From the NCBI GenBank assembly GCA_963774265.1, contig CAVZDU010000001.1, positions 768,001-832,000 on the forward strand: DNA of 64,000 bases, in the 5' to 3' direction. The notes beneath the pieces were generated by a model. That model saw only the letters and a list, made by a program, of their open reading frames with translations. It was not told where the DNA came from and made no database searches. Below, in pieces: positions 52,137 to 64,000 of this stretch; the first letter of the stretch is position 1, and each line of letters begins with the position of its first letter. The translations under genes were made by a program, and so were the position numbers. Origin of the DNA: an uncultured Chloroflexia bacterium. Its GTDB lineage: Bacteria; Chloroflexota; Anaerolineae; CG2-30-64-16.

Positions 52137-52487
52137 GCGTACAGTTATGAACCGCACAAGTGATCGGTTTTTCGGGTGAAAACCTATTGACTTTGGGGTG
52201 CGAACGTGCGATAGTGTGGCCAGAACAAGCGTTTTTCTGTTTGTTCTGCGGGTCCTCACTCCTCATTCTGTAAACCGTGGGGCTGATTCGTCTCCGGACG
52301 AGGCCCACCTGGCCGAGAGACCGGCCAACCGGGAGGAGGAGGACCGGCGCCCCGTCGAGACGTAGCACGATCGAGAAGTGGTGTGGAGAGATGGCGTTGT
52401 AGCGGAAGGAGATGCAGCGTGCTACGTCTCTACGGGGAGGGTTGAGGTTGTGGTCGGCGCAGATGACGGGAGTCGAGGAGGTCAGTT

Positions 52488-52952
52488 GTGGCGAGGTGGA
52501 TTGCCGGGCAGTCGGGACAACCGAAGAAGCGTCGGTGTCGCGGGAAGAGCTTGACGGAGCTGCTGCGAGAGGTTGGGGAGGAGCGGGTCGCCTTCGAGGA
52601 CCGGGTGAAGGAGGGGGACTACGATTCACCCGTGGAAGTGAACATCATGACGCGGCGGGAGAGAATGGCCCGCGTGCTGTGGACGATGGCGTTGGAGGGG
52701 AACTTGCGGGCCATGCAGTTGCTGGCGGAGTACGCGGATGGGAAGCCGGTGCAGCCGGTGGCGGTGGCGATGGAGGCGCACTTCACGGCGGATGATTATG
52801 CGGCCGCGAGCATGCAGTTGGCGAGGTGGCGCGGATCTGCTGAACTAAGCTCGTTGGGGTTCAGGTCCGCCCGCCGGCGCCACGGTGGGCACAGGAAACC
52901 GCTCGTGCAGGGCGGTTTCCATCTTTCCGGGGCCAGTGGTATAGAATGGTGA
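52488..52952 (+). CDS. DUF5681 / phage terminase-small-subunit-like protein, 3' end possibly degenerate
   Basis: GQSGQP N-terminus, SLTELL, ALEGNLRAMQLLAEYADGKPVQ; GAGGAGG RBS. Confidence 0.55.
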   Translation: MARWIAGQSGQPKKRRCRGKSLTELLREVGEERVAFEDRVKEGDYDSPVEVNIMTRRERMARVLWTMALEGNLRAMQLLAEYADGKPVQPVAVAMEAHFTADDYAAASMQLARWRGSAELSSLGFRSARRRHGGHRKPLVQGGFHLSGASGIEW

Positions 52953-52999
52953 TCCAAGATTCTAATTATCCGAGCGATAGCGAAGGGAGATCCTCATCG

Positions 53000-54229
53000 A
53001 TGGAACCATCCAGCTTCAGGGTCTACCGTTACCGGTGGATCGTGCTCCTTGCGTTTATGGCCGTCATCATCGTCAACCAGCTCCTCTGGATCACATTTGC
53101 CCCGATAACAGTTGAGGCCGCGAAATACTACGGCGTCTCGGACCTCGGCATCGGTCTACTGTCCCTGATCTTCATGGTTGTCTATATCGTCGTCTCGATT
53201 CCAGCATCCTGGACCATTGACACCTATGGAATCCGCGTCGGGGTGGGGATAGGCGCTGCCCTCACCGGCGTTTTTGGCTTGCTCCGGGGCGTGGTAGCCC
53301 AAAGCTACCCGCTGGTGCTTATTGCCCAGGTGGGAATTGCTGTTGGACAGCCATTCATTCTCAATGCGGTGACCACCGTGGCAGCGCGCTGGTTTCCGAT
53401 TGGAGAGCGGGCCACGGCCTCGGGTTTGGGGTCACTCGCCATTTACCTCGGCATCTTCGCTGGTTTGGCGCTGACTCCCTATCTCACGATTCACTCAAGC
53501 ATCGGTAGCGTGCTCGTGGCCTACGGGATCGTTTCCGTGATCGCCGCTGTTGTATTCTTTGGTTTCATCCGAGAGCGTCCCCCGACGCCTCCATCCTTCC
53601 GGGAGGAAACGGGGCGAGCCCTGGTTCTCGATGGCCTTAGGAGCAGCCTGCGCCACAGGGACTTCGTCCTGCTGCTGATCGTTTTCTTCGTGGGCCTGGG
53701 GGTGTTCAACGCGGTCACGACCTGGATCGAGGACATTGTGCGGCCGCGCGGCTTCTCGATCACGCAGGCCGGCGTCGCGGGCGGACTGATGATCGTCGGC
53801 GGCATCGTCGGCGCCCTGATTCTGCCGGCGCTATCTGACCGCCAGCGGCGCAGGATCCCGTTCCTGGTCGTGGCTCTGATCGGCGCGGCCGTGGGTCTTG
53901 CCGGCGTCACGGTTTCGGCGAGTTATCCGTTGCTGCTCGGCTCGGCCTTTGTGCTGGGTTTTTCCCTGTTGAGCGCTGGCCCGATCGGGTTCCAGTACGG
54001 CGCGGAGGTCACCTACCCGGTGCCAGAAGGCACATCGAACGGGCTGATCCTGCTCGCGGGGCAGATATCGGGGATCGCCTTCATCCTCGGCATGGACAGC
54101 CTCAAGTCTGCTGCGACCGGCTCCATGACGCGTCCCTTGATCGTCCTCATTGCGCTCATGATTCTGAGCGTGGTTCTCTGTACGAGACTTCGAGAAGCGG
54201 CGGCATTGCCCGTGACAACTGAGGTCTAG
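53000..54229 (+). CDS. MFS transporter (FLVCR-like)
   Basis: YRYRWIVL, WITFAPI, GQPF, WFPIGERATA, AEVTYPVPEGTS; about 12 TMs. Confidence 0.88.
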   Translation: MEPSSFRVYRYRWIVLLAFMAVIIVNQLLWITFAPITVEAAKYYGVSDLGIGLLSLIFMVVYIVVSIPASWTIDTYGIRVGVGIGAALTGVFGLLRGVVAQSYPLVLIAQVGIAVGQPFILNAVTTVAARWFPIGERATASGLGSLAIYLGIFAGLALTPYLTIHSSIGSVLVAYGIVSVIAAVVFFGFIRERPPTPPSFREETGRALVLDGLRSSLRHRDFVLLLIVFFVGLGVFNAVTTWIEDIVRPRGFSITQAGVAGGLMIVGGIVGALILPALSDRQRRRIPFLVVALIGAAVGLAGVTVSASYPLLLGSAFVLGFSLLSAGPIGFQYGAEVTYPVPEGTSNGLILLAGQISGIAFILGMDSLKSAATGSMTRPLIVLIALMILSVVLCTRLREAAALPVTTEV

Positions 54230-54338
54230 TTCTGCCCACATATCATCAGCGCCACCACCGTGGCAGTGCGCTTCGATGAAGCGGGGCGCCTCCGAACACT
54301 GGCGAGGGGACTCATGCAAGAAGAACTTATGACTCGTC

Positions 54339-55838
54339 CTAAATGGCGGAGATATTGGCCAACAAAACCCGATTGACGGCGTCTTTCCAACCGGCATACA
54401 GCCGGTTCCTCGAGGCATCATCCATCGCCGGCTCGTAACGCACCTGCGGCCGCGCAAGAGCGGCGATTTCTGCTTCCGAGGCCCACAGTCCCACGGTTAG
54501 TCCCGCCAAGTAGGCCGCGCCCAGCGCGGACACGTCGCTCGCCAGGCTGCGCAGCACCGGCACACCCAGGATGTCCGCCTGGAATTGCATCAATGCCTGG
54601 TTGCGGGTGGGACCGCCATCCACCAGGAGCACCTGCAGCGGCGTTCCTGCCTCCGCCTGCATCGTTTCAAAAACGTCCCGGATCTGGTAAGCGATCGATT
54701 CTTGGGTCGCCCGGGCCACCTGCGCCGCGGTCGAGCCGCGGGTGAGACCGGTGATCAGACCGCGTGCCGCGTCCTTCCAGTAGGGCGCGCCCAGGCCGGC
54801 CAACGCCGGGACGAAATAGACCCCGCCGTTGTCCTCGGCTTGTGAAGCGAGCGCTTCCACCTTTTCGGGCGCGCCCAGCCCTAAGAAATCCGCAAGCCAG
54901 TGGACGGCCGCGCCGGTGACATAGATATTGCCTTCCAGGGCGTACTTCACCTGCTGGTATCCCCAGGCAATACTGGAAGACAGCCCCTTCTCGGAGAAGA
55001 TCCTGGCGGAGGTCGGCGTCATCAGCGAGGAGCCGGTGCCGTAGGTGGCTTTGATGGCGCCGGGTTGGAAGCCGGCGTGACCGTATAGGGCGGCATGGGA
55101 ATCGCCGATCAATGAACCAATCGGCACGCCCGCCGGAATCCCTGGCAAATTCACGGTCTCGCCATAGAGGGCGCTGGATAATCTCACTTCGGGCAGGGCC
55201 GCGGACGGGATGTCAAAGATGCTCAGCAGCGCCTCGTCCCAAACCAGGGTTTGCAGGTTGAACAACTGGGTGCGCGACGCGTTGGTCACGTCGCAAGCAT
55301 GGATCGCGCCGCCCGTCAGATTCCACAACAGCCAGGCATCCACCGTGCCCAGGAGAATCTCTCCCGCGTGGGCGCGCAGCTGACCGTCAGGAATACTCTC
55401 CAGCAGCCAGCGGGCCTTACTGGCCGAAAACATGGGATCAACGGTCAATCCGGTCAGGCGATAGATCGTATCGGTCAGGCCGCGCTCGCGCAGCTCGGCG
55501 CAAAAGGGCGCGCTGCGATGGCATTGCCAGGTGATGCACGGGCCGAGCGGCTGGCCCGTGGCGCGCTCCCAGGCCAGCACGGATTCGCGCTGGTTGGTGA
55601 TAGCCAACGCGGCCACCTGTCCGGCGGGCACGTCTTCCAAGACCTGGGCCGCGGCCGCCAGTGACGTCCGCCAGATCTCCCAGGCATCTTGCTCGACCCA
55701 GGCCGGCTGGGGATAGGTGATGGAGACCGGGCGCGAGGCCTGGCGGACGATGCTGCCCGCCTCGTCCACCAGGAAGGCTTTCGTGTTGGTGGTGCCCTCG
55801 TCAAGGGCGAGGATGAACTTCCGGTTGGACGTGCTCAT
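54339..55838 (-). CDS. FGGY carbohydrate kinase (glycerol-kinase-like; possible apulose kinase)
   Basis: LDEGTTNTKA, TNQRES, NASRTQL, GDSHAAL, TYGTGS, GLGAPYW, DGG. Confidence 0.88.
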   Translation of the reverse strand: MSTSNRKFILALDEGTTNTKAFLVDEAGSIVRQASRPVSITYPQPAWVEQDAWEIWRTSLAAAAQVLEDVPAGQVAALAITNQRESVLAWERATGQPLGPCITWQCHRSAPFCAELRERGLTDTIYRLTGLTVDPMFSASKARWLLESIPDGQLRAHAGEILLGTVDAWLLWNLTGGAIHACDVTNASRTQLFNLQTLVWDEALLSIFDIPSAALPEVRLSSALYGETVNLPGIPAGVPIGSLIGDSHAALYGHAGFQPGAIKATYGTGSSLMTPTSARIFSEKGLSSSIAWGYQQVKYALEGNIYVTGAAVHWLADFLGLGAPEKVEALASQAEDNGGVYFVPALAGLGAPYWKDAARGLITGLTRGSTAAQVARATQESIAYQIRDVFETMQAEAGTPLQVLLVDGGPTRNQALMQFQADILGVPVLRSLASDVSALGAAYLAGLTVGLWASEAEIAALARPQVRYEPAMDDASRNRLYAGWKDAVNRVLLANISAI

Positions 55839-56784
55839 GATTCTCGCTTGCGCAGCAGCAACTGACGGGCTGTCTCTGCCAGGCCGTCAGGCGAAATGCC
55901 ATAATGGTTGAAGATTTCTTTCTGGGAACCGGAGACCATGTGCTCATCCGGGAAACCGACAATCTTGAAGGGCAGACCGGCGCCTTGCTGCATCAAGACG
56001 GCCGCGCACGCCTCACCTAGCCCACCGAAAATGCTGTGTTCCTCAACCGTAATGATCGCCCCGGTTTCCTGGGCGGCCTTGCGCACGGCTTCTTCGTCCA
56101 AGGGCTTGATGGTGTGCATGCTCAAGACCCGGCACGTTACCCCTTCGGGGGCCAACTGCTGGGCCGCGGCAACCGCAATCGAGACGGTTTCACCACAGGC
56201 GATAAAGGTCAGATCCCGCCGTCCTGGATTTGAGCCGCCCTCCCGATGGTGAAGCTGCTGCCCTCGGCATGCACGTGCGGTATCGCTGCCTTGCCCAGGC
56301 GCACGTAGACCGGATGGGCCGCGTTATGGATGGCCTTGATCGTCTCCCGGGTCTCGAAGTTATCGGCCGGGGCAATGATCGTGATGTTATGAATGGCGCG
56401 CAGGGCGGCGAAATCATGCAGCGAGTGGTGGGTGGCGCCCAACGCGCCGTAACTCACCCCCGCGCTGATCCCGATGATTCGCACCGGTTGATCGGAGTAC
56501 GCGACGTCGTTCTTGATCTGCTCGAAGCTGCGGGCGGTGATGAAACAGGCCGGCGAGGCCGCGAAGACCTTCTTCCCGGCGGAAGCCAAACCGGCCGAGA
56601 TGCCGATCACGTTTTGTTCGGCGATGCCGAGCTCTACGATTTGGTCCGGCAGGGTCTCGCCAAAGTGAGTCAGCTTTCCTGAACCACGCGAGTCACTGGT
56701 GACCACCAGCACGTCGCGATCCTGACTGGCAAGCTCCAGGAGGGTCTCCGCGAAGACATCCAGGTTAGCGCGTCCCAGGTCCAT
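55835..56784 (-). CDS. Transketolase C-terminal subunit, one frameshift
   Basis: SDSRGSGKL, GIAEQN, YGALGATHHSLHD, HTIKPLD, EEHSIFGGLG. Confidence 0.9.
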
Positions 56785-56786
56785 GA

Positions 56787-57623
56787 TTACCTTCCTTCAT
56801 CCAATTCGTAGTCGAAGGTCAATTCACGCAGGGCGCTATCGTATTCCTCATCGCTCGGAACCCGATGGTGCCATTTCACGGAATTCTCGATGAAACTGAT
56901 GCCCTTGCCTTTGATGGTGTGGGCGAGCACCAGGTTGGGCTTGCCGGCTTCGAAGGGCACCTGGTCGAAAACCTCCACCAGCGCCTGCGTATTGTTGCCG
57001 TCCACCTCACGCACGGCATACCCAAAGGCGCGGAATTTGTCGCCCAACGGCTCGAGTGGGTTGATCTTCTCCGTCGGGCCGGTGATTTGCAGCCCATTCC
57101 GATCGATGATCACGGTCAGATTGTCCAGGTGGTAATGGGAGGCGGCCAGCGAGGCTTCCCAATTAGATCCCTCATCCAACTCGCCGTCTCCCAGGAGCGT
57201 AAAGACGCGATAGCTGCGTCCATCCAGCTTGGCGGCCAGCGCCATGCCCACCGCGACCGCCAGGCCGTGACCGAGCGCGCCCGTGTTCTGTTCGATGCCG
57301 GGCACGTCGCGGGTGGGATGACCGATGAAGTGCGATTGGTACTTGCCAAGCGTATCCAGCTCTTCCGGCGGGAAGAAGCCCCGATCGGCCAGCACCGTGT
57401 ACAGGGCCTCGACGCAGTGCCCTTTGCTCTGCACGTAGCGGTCGCGATTCGGATCGGCGAAAGTGGCGGGGGAGACGTTCAGAACATTGTTGTAAAGCAC
57501 GTTGAGGATATCGACGGAGGACAAGTCTCCCCCCGTATGGCCGGCGCGGGCCTGCTTGATGATGCGCAGAATGGTCTTACGATATTCGATGGCCTTCAGT
57601 TTGAGTTCTGGATCGGTCAACAT
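56787..57623 (-). CDS. Transketolase N-terminal (TPP) subunit
   Basis: GHTGGDLS, QSKGH, GALGHGL, GDGELDEGSNWE, TIKGKG, WHH. Confidence 0.92.
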   Translation of the reverse strand: MLTDPELKLKAIEYRKTILRIIKQARAGHTGGDLSSVDILNVLYNNVLNVSPATFADPNRDRYVQSKGHCVEALYTVLADRGFFPPEELDTLGKYQSHFIGHPTRDVPGIEQNTGALGHGLAVAVGMALAAKLDGRSYRVFTLLGDGELDEGSNWEASLAASHYHLDNLTVIIDRNGLQITGPTEKINPLEPLGDKFRAFGYAVREVDGNNTQALVEVFDQVPFEAGKPNLVLAHTIKGKGISFIENSVKWHHRVPSDEEYDSALRELTFDYELDEGR

Positions 57624-57654
57624 AGCCTGTTTCCTCATCGAGGAGTTGGTTGAT

Positions 57655-57797
57655 TGCATAATTATGCAGTGCTGCGTTTTTATTACCAACACGCAAAGCA
57701 TACCACCAACAGCGAGTCTTTGTCAAGTGCCTTCTTCGTTTCCTTGTGAGCTTTTTAAGGTTAGCCTATTGACAGCGGTCTAAAACCGTGTTATATT
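57655..57797. promoter_or_regulatory. Divergent promoters with palindromic operator
   Basis: Plus: TTGACA (57769)-N17-TATATT with TG extension; minus: TTGACA (57726)-N18-TATGCT; perfect palindrome tgcataattatgca 57655-57668. Confidence 0.65.
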
Positions 57798-57849
57798 CGC
57801 AATTGAATATATTTTGTCCTTAGAATAAATATTCAAAGGGATCAGCCAC

Positions 57850-58557
57850 ATGAAATCGAGAAAAATCTTCATCACCCTGGCGTGCCTGGTCGTTCTTCTC
57901 GTGGTGGGCTATTTCGGCTGGCCCGCCGCCTTCACGGTTGTCCCCATCGCCCAGGTGGAGCAACAGAAGCTCAGTGAAGCCTTTGACCCCGTCAAGTACG
58001 TCGATGGCGTCTGGGATAGCCAGGTCCTCCCCACGATCAATACGAAAGCGGTCAACCTGACCGACGTCTTGAACGCCATGCAGCCCAATGCCGAAGGGCT
58101 TGCCGTCAAGGCTGACTTGATCAAGGTGGCGAACAAGTATGGACTGATCACCGTCGGCGAGGCGCACGTCTACCTGGTAAAAGGCGAGGCCAAGGTCGTC
58201 TCGCTCGACACCAAGACCAGCCTGGGCGTGATGGAAATCCAACCCAGCGGCTACAACGGCCCAATCAAGGTGCTCGTTTATGTGGGCCCACGCATCCCCA
58301 GCGACGAGACCTCGGTGCGGGATGGCGTCGGTTTCATCAATTTCGGCGATTTCAAGGAACAGACCGAGTTCGGCAAGGTTGGCGCGGAAATCAACAAGCG
58401 CGTTCTGGCCCAGGCCTATGCCTCCGCGGACAGAGAACAACTCGTCGGTAAAACAATCACTTTCTCGGGCGCCATGACCATCCGCACGTTCAACCTGGTC
58501 AACATCGATCTGAAGAAGGTCACGATCGTTCCGGTCAAGGTCGAAGTAAAGGGGTAA
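57850..58557 (+). CDS. DUF2291-family periplasmic protein of sugar ABC transporters
   Basis: FDPVKYVDGVW, GPRI..TSVRD, FGDFKEQTEF..VGAEIN. Confidence 0.78.
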   Translation: MKSRKIFITLACLVVLLVVGYFGWPAAFTVVPIAQVEQQKLSEAFDPVKYVDGVWDSQVLPTINTKAVNLTDVLNAMQPNAEGLAVKADLIKVANKYGLITVGEAHVYLVKGEAKVVSLDTKTSLGVMEIQPSGYNGPIKVLVYVGPRIPSDETSVRDGVGFINFGDFKEQTEFGKVGAEINKRVLAQAYASADREQLVGKTITFSGAMTIRTFNLVNIDLKKVTIVPVKVEVKG

Positions 58558-58561
58558 GGCA

Positions 58562-60169
58562 ATGAATCAGCAGGCGCCAGTGATGCCAGCACCCGAATTG
58601 GGCACCAGTCCCGACCCGGTTGTTCTCCGAGCGGAGAATATCACTAAGGTCTATCCCGGCACCATCGCCCTGGACAACGTCGATTTCAATGTCTACCGCG
58701 GCAAGGTCAATGTCCTCGTCGGCGAGAATGGCGCGGGAAAGTCGACCCTGATGAAGATCCTGGCCGGCGTGGAGCGGCCCAGCTCGGGACGCATCTTCCT
58801 GGAAGACAAGGAAATCCAGATCCAGAATATTGCGGATGCCACCTCACACGGGATCGGCATCATCTTCCAGGAGATGACCTTGTGCCCGAACCTGAGCGTG
58901 GTCGAAAACATTTATCTGGCCCGCGAAGTCACCCAGCGTGGCGTAGTCATCGACCAGAAAACGCAGAAGGAGCACACCCGCGAACTGGTGCGCCGCCTGG
59001 AACAACATATTGACCCGGACACCCTGGTCGGTGATCTACGCATCGGCCAGCAGCAGACTATTGAAATCGCCAGGGCTTTGGCGCAGGACGTTCGCATCCT
59101 GATCATGGATGAACCCACCTCGGCGCTGAGCACCGCGGAGGTCGCCGTGCTCTTCCGCGTGATCAACGAGCTGAAGAACCGCGGCGTCTCGATCATCTAC
59201 ATCTCGCATAAGCTGGATGAACTCCTCCAGATCGGCGATTACGTCACGGTTCTGCGCGATGGTCGTCTGGTGGAAACCGCCCGCGCGCAAGACATCTCGG
59301 TCCCCTGGATCATCGAAAAAATGGTCGGCAAGAATCCGGCGGCGTTTTTTTCCCGCAAGGAACAGTACGTCGGCGATGTCCTGATGAAGGTGGAAGAGCT
59401 GACCCTACCCCGCCCCGGCGGCGGTTATATCGTCGATCACGTGTCGTTCGACCTGCATGCCGGCGAAATCCTGGGCCTCTATGGCCTGATGGGCGCCGGA
59501 CGCTCCGACCTCGTGGACTGCCTCGCCGGGGCTCGCCCTGAAGCCAGCGGGAAGATCTGGCTCAACGATCAACCCGTGTTGGGCGCCACAGTCTCTGACC
59601 GGATCAAGAATGGGATTGTGCTGGTTCCGGAAGATCGCCAGCGCGAAGGCCTGGTGCAGACCATGTCGGTCACCGACAACATTTTGCTGGCCAGCCTGAA
59701 TCGTTACATGACCGGCTTCTTCCTGGCGTCCAAGAAAGAGAAGACGGCGGTCAAGGGAATGGTGAAAGACTTATCGATCCGCGTGGCCAATGTCGGCCAA
59801 CCCATCACCAGCCTCAGTGGCGGCAACCAACAAAAGTGCGTGGTGGCCAAGGCGCTGCTGACGTCGCCCAGGGTGCTGATGCTGGATGAGCCCACCCGCG
59901 GCATCGACGTCGGTGCGAAATCCGAAATCTTCGAAATCACCACCCGCCTGGCTCAACAAGGTTACGGTGTCATCTTCATCTCTACCGAATTGAAAGAAGT
60001 CCTGGCCATGTCCGATCGCATCCTCGTGATGTCGAAGGGCGCGATCACCGGGGAATTCAGTCGTGAGGAAGCTACCGAAGAGAAATTAGTCGCCGCATCG
60101 GCGATTGGTCACGGACTGGCAGCCAAAGCCGATCACAATGGAGGAGCCACGAACGATGGACACAACTAA
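58562..60169 (+). CDS. Sugar ABC transporter ATP-binding protein (RbsA-like)
   Basis: GENGAGKST, DEPTSAL, LSGGNQQK, DEPTRGIDVGAK. Confidence 0.95.
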   Translation: MNQQAPVMPAPELGTSPDPVVLRAENITKVYPGTIALDNVDFNVYRGKVNVLVGENGAGKSTLMKILAGVERPSSGRIFLEDKEIQIQNIADATSHGIGIIFQEMTLCPNLSVVENIYLAREVTQRGVVIDQKTQKEHTRELVRRLEQHIDPDTLVGDLRIGQQQTIEIARALAQDVRILIMDEPTSALSTAEVAVLFRVINELKNRGVSIIYISHKLDELLQIGDYVTVLRDGRLVETARAQDISVPWIIEKMVGKNPAAFFSRKEQYVGDVLMKVEELTLPRPGGGYIVDHVSFDLHAGEILGLYGLMGAGRSDLVDCLAGARPEASGKIWLNDQPVLGATVSDRIKNGIVLVPEDRQREGLVQTMSVTDNILLASLNRYMTGFFLASKKEKTAVKGMVKDLSIRVANVGQPITSLSGGNQQKCVVAKALLTSPRVLMLDEPTRGIDVGAKSEIFEITTRLAQQGYGVIFISTELKEVLAMSDRILVMSKGAITGEFSREEATEEKLVAASAIGHGLAAKADHNGGATNDGHN

Positions 60170-61232
60170 TGCCGTTCCGGCAAGGAAGTCGCGCCGCTTC
60201 ACCAGGACAGACGCCCTACAGTTCCTGTTGCGCGGCCGGGCCTTTATTGCCCTGATCCTGGTCGTTGCATATTTTGCCGCCACCCTCTGGCCGCAGTTTC
60301 TGAGCGGTGAGAATATCCAGATTGTCTCGAAGCACGTCGCTCAGAACGCCCTGCTGGCCATCGGCATGACCTTTGTGATCTTGACCGGCGGCATCGATCT
60401 TTCGGTCGGCTCGATCGTTGGCCTCACCGCGATGATTGCCGGCATGTTGATCAACAACGGCATTGCCATCCCGGCTCTAGGAATTATCGTCTACCCCCAC
60501 ACCTGGATGATCCTGGTGATCTCGACTGTGATTGCCACGCTGATGGGGATGGTTAATGGTTTTGTGATCACCCGGTTTAATGTAGCCCCATTTATCGCTA
60601 CCCTGGGTACGATGTATATTGCCCGCGGTTTCGCCGGGCTGCTTAACAACGGCTACACCTTCCCGAACCTGGTCGGCCGGCCCGAACTGGGTAACACCGG
60701 CTTCGAAAAGCTGGGCGCCGGAGAATTCCTGGGCATGAATTACTCGATCTGGATGATGATTGTGTTCGCCCTGGTTGCCTGGTTCATCACCACCCGCACA
60801 CCCTTCGGCCGCCATGTCTACGCCATCGGCGGCAACGAGCGCTCAGCCGAGCTTTCGGGCGTGCGCATCAAGCGCACCAAGGTGTTCGTGTACATGATCA
60901 GCGGCTTCTTCTGCGCTCTTGTCGGCCTGATCATTGCGTCCCAGTTGGTGGCCGCTCACCCCGCGACCGGGAATAGCTTTGAGTTAACCGCCATTGCCGC
61001 CGTCGTGCTGGGCGGCACCTCCCTGGCAGGTGGTCGTGGCAGCATCGGCGGCACGCTGATCGGCGCCTTCGTCATCGGCGTCCTGAGCGATGGCCTCGTG
61101 ATGTCCAATGTCTCCTCTTTCTGGCAAATGGTGATCAAAGGCACCGTAATCGTCCTGGCAGTCGTTATCGACCAGGTGCAGGCGCGGATGCAAGCGCGCA
61201 TCGCCTTGCAGCAGCAACAAGAAATGAGATAG
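60156..61232 (+). CDS. Sugar ABC transporter permease (RbsC-like)
   Basis: GMTFVILTGGIDLSVG, PFIATLG, AIGGNE, IAAVVLGGTSLAGGRG. Confidence 0.95.
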   Translation: MDTTNAVPARKSRRFTRTDALQFLLRGRAFIALILVVAYFAATLWPQFLSGENIQIVSKHVAQNALLAIGMTFVILTGGIDLSVGSIVGLTAMIAGMLINNGIAIPALGIIVYPHTWMILVISTVIATLMGMVNGFVITRFNVAPFIATLGTMYIARGFAGLLNNGYTFPNLVGRPELGNTGFEKLGAGEFLGMNYSIWMMIVFALVAWFITTRTPFGRHVYAIGGNERSAELSGVRIKRTKVFVYMISGFFCALVGLIIASQLVAAHPATGNSFELTAIAAVVLGGTSLAGGRGSIGGTLIGAFVIGVLSDGLVMSNVSSFWQMVIKGTVIVLAVVIDQVQARMQARIALQQQQEMR

Positions 61233-61346
61233 GGGCGGTAACCCTGAGGAGGTGAACTCGACGAAAATGGCTCAATGACGAAAGCGTCCGTCGCACACCC
61301 GATACTCGATTGTGAGTCCAATCCAAGCATATTCAAGGAGAGAAAG

Positions 61347-63304
<1,958 letters not shown>

Positions 63305-63317
63305 TCTGACGGCTCGA

Positions 63318-63348
63318 CAGGGTGGCGGATACTCTCCGCCACCCTGTG
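63318..63348 (+). terminator. Stem-loop after the binding-protein gene (mRNA stabiliser or weak terminator)
   Basis: acagggtggcgga-tactc-tccgccaccctgt, no T tract. Confidence 0.55.
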
Positions 63349-63380
63349 TCAACCCTGCGTCCTGATCGAGGTGGTGAGCT

Positions 63381-64000
63381 GTGGCCAGAATCGTTGTTGT
63401 GGGCAGCTTCAACATGGACCTGGTGGTGCGCATGCCCGTCATTCCGAAGCCGGGCGAGACCTTGCTTGGCGGGGTGTTTGCCACCTACCCGGGCGGCAAA
63501 GGCGCGAACCAGGCCGTGGCCGCTGCCCGCCTGGGCGGCGAAGTCACCATGATCGGCCGTGTTGGCGCCGATGCCTTCGGCGATCAACTCCTGACCATGG
63601 CCCGCTCGGAAGGCATCGACACCCGCTTCGTGGGTATCGACCCACATGCGGCCACCGGCGTCGCCCTCATTGAGGTGGACGCCCAGGGGCAAAACAGCAT
63701 CGCGGTCGCTTCCGGCGCCAACTTCACGCTCACCGCCGCCGACGTTGCCGCGGCCTTTGCTCAGATCGAGCGGGTCGATCTGGTGGTCATGCCGCTGGAA
63801 ACCCCCATGGACACGATCGTGACCGCTGCCGAGCTGGCCCGCAAGGCCGGGGCGCGCGTCGTGTTGAACCCGGCGCCTGCCCAACATCTTGCCCCCGAGT
63901 TACTGAGAAACGTTGACGTGCTCATTCCCAACGAACATGAAGCGGCCTTCTTGACCGGAGCAGCGAAATTCATTCAGCGCAAGACGCCCACCAGGCTGCC
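63381..64000 (+). CDS. rbsK: Ribokinase (PfkB family), runs off window
   Basis: VVVGSFNMDL, PGET, GGKGANQAVAAARLG, LNPAPA, PNEHEA. Confidence 0.9.
   Translation, partial: MARIVVVGSFNMDLVVRMPVIPKPGETLLGGVFATYPGGKGANQAVAAARLGGEVTMIGRVGADAFGDQLLTMARSEGIDTRFVGIDPHAATGVALIEVDAQGQNSIAVASGANFTLTAADVAAAFAQIERVDLVVMPLETPMDTIVTAAELARKAGARVVLNPAPAQHLAPELLRNVDVLIPNEHEAAFLTGAAKFIQRKTPTRL

Noticed and set aside
52270-52330. Hammerhead ribozyme
   Set aside because: CTGATTC does not match CUGANGA and there is no GAAA core

Overview
GC-rich bacterial chromosomal segment, most likely Chloroflexota (Anaerolineae/Caldilineae-like). The assignment rests on GAAC-N4-GTTC LexA boxes, a T-box, a C-terminal LPxVLR sorting motif and the recA-recX-rny order. 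Many genes, mostly in 1-27 kb, are broken by single-base indels that look like long-read consensus errors, so coordinates span reconstructed genes. Contents in order: hdrCBA-mvhDGA group 3c [NiFe]-hydrogenase/heterodisulfide reductase cluster with maturation protease, a cNMP-binding protein and hypFCDE; HD hydrolase, flippase-like protein and GT2; a Thr T-box operon (aspartate kinase, hom, asd, and a circularly permuted HAD-like protein); GNAT, ThiF, aminotransferase, 2-oxoacid:ferredoxin oxidoreductase, a B12-radical SAM enzyme, CBS and rex; a secreted repeat protein behind a riboswitch-like leader; an orphan MttB; a MacAB-type ABC system; recA-recX-rny; an accessory region (CPBP protease, esterase, BTAD/STAND regulator, XRE with a LexA-boxed divergent promoter, Phd-like gene, decaheme cytochrome, YgeY, Nudix, terminase-small-like gene, MFS); and a probable D-apiose/polyol catabolic cluster whose binding lipoprotein has two near-identical tandem domains. 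The best leads are the permuted HAD at the end of a Thr operon lacking thrB, the unnamed structured leader with terminator at about 32.0-32.2 kb, the radical SAM enzyme, the possible phage-satellite remnant, and several families of tiny palindromic insertion elements. No CRISPR array, tRNA or rRNA was seen.
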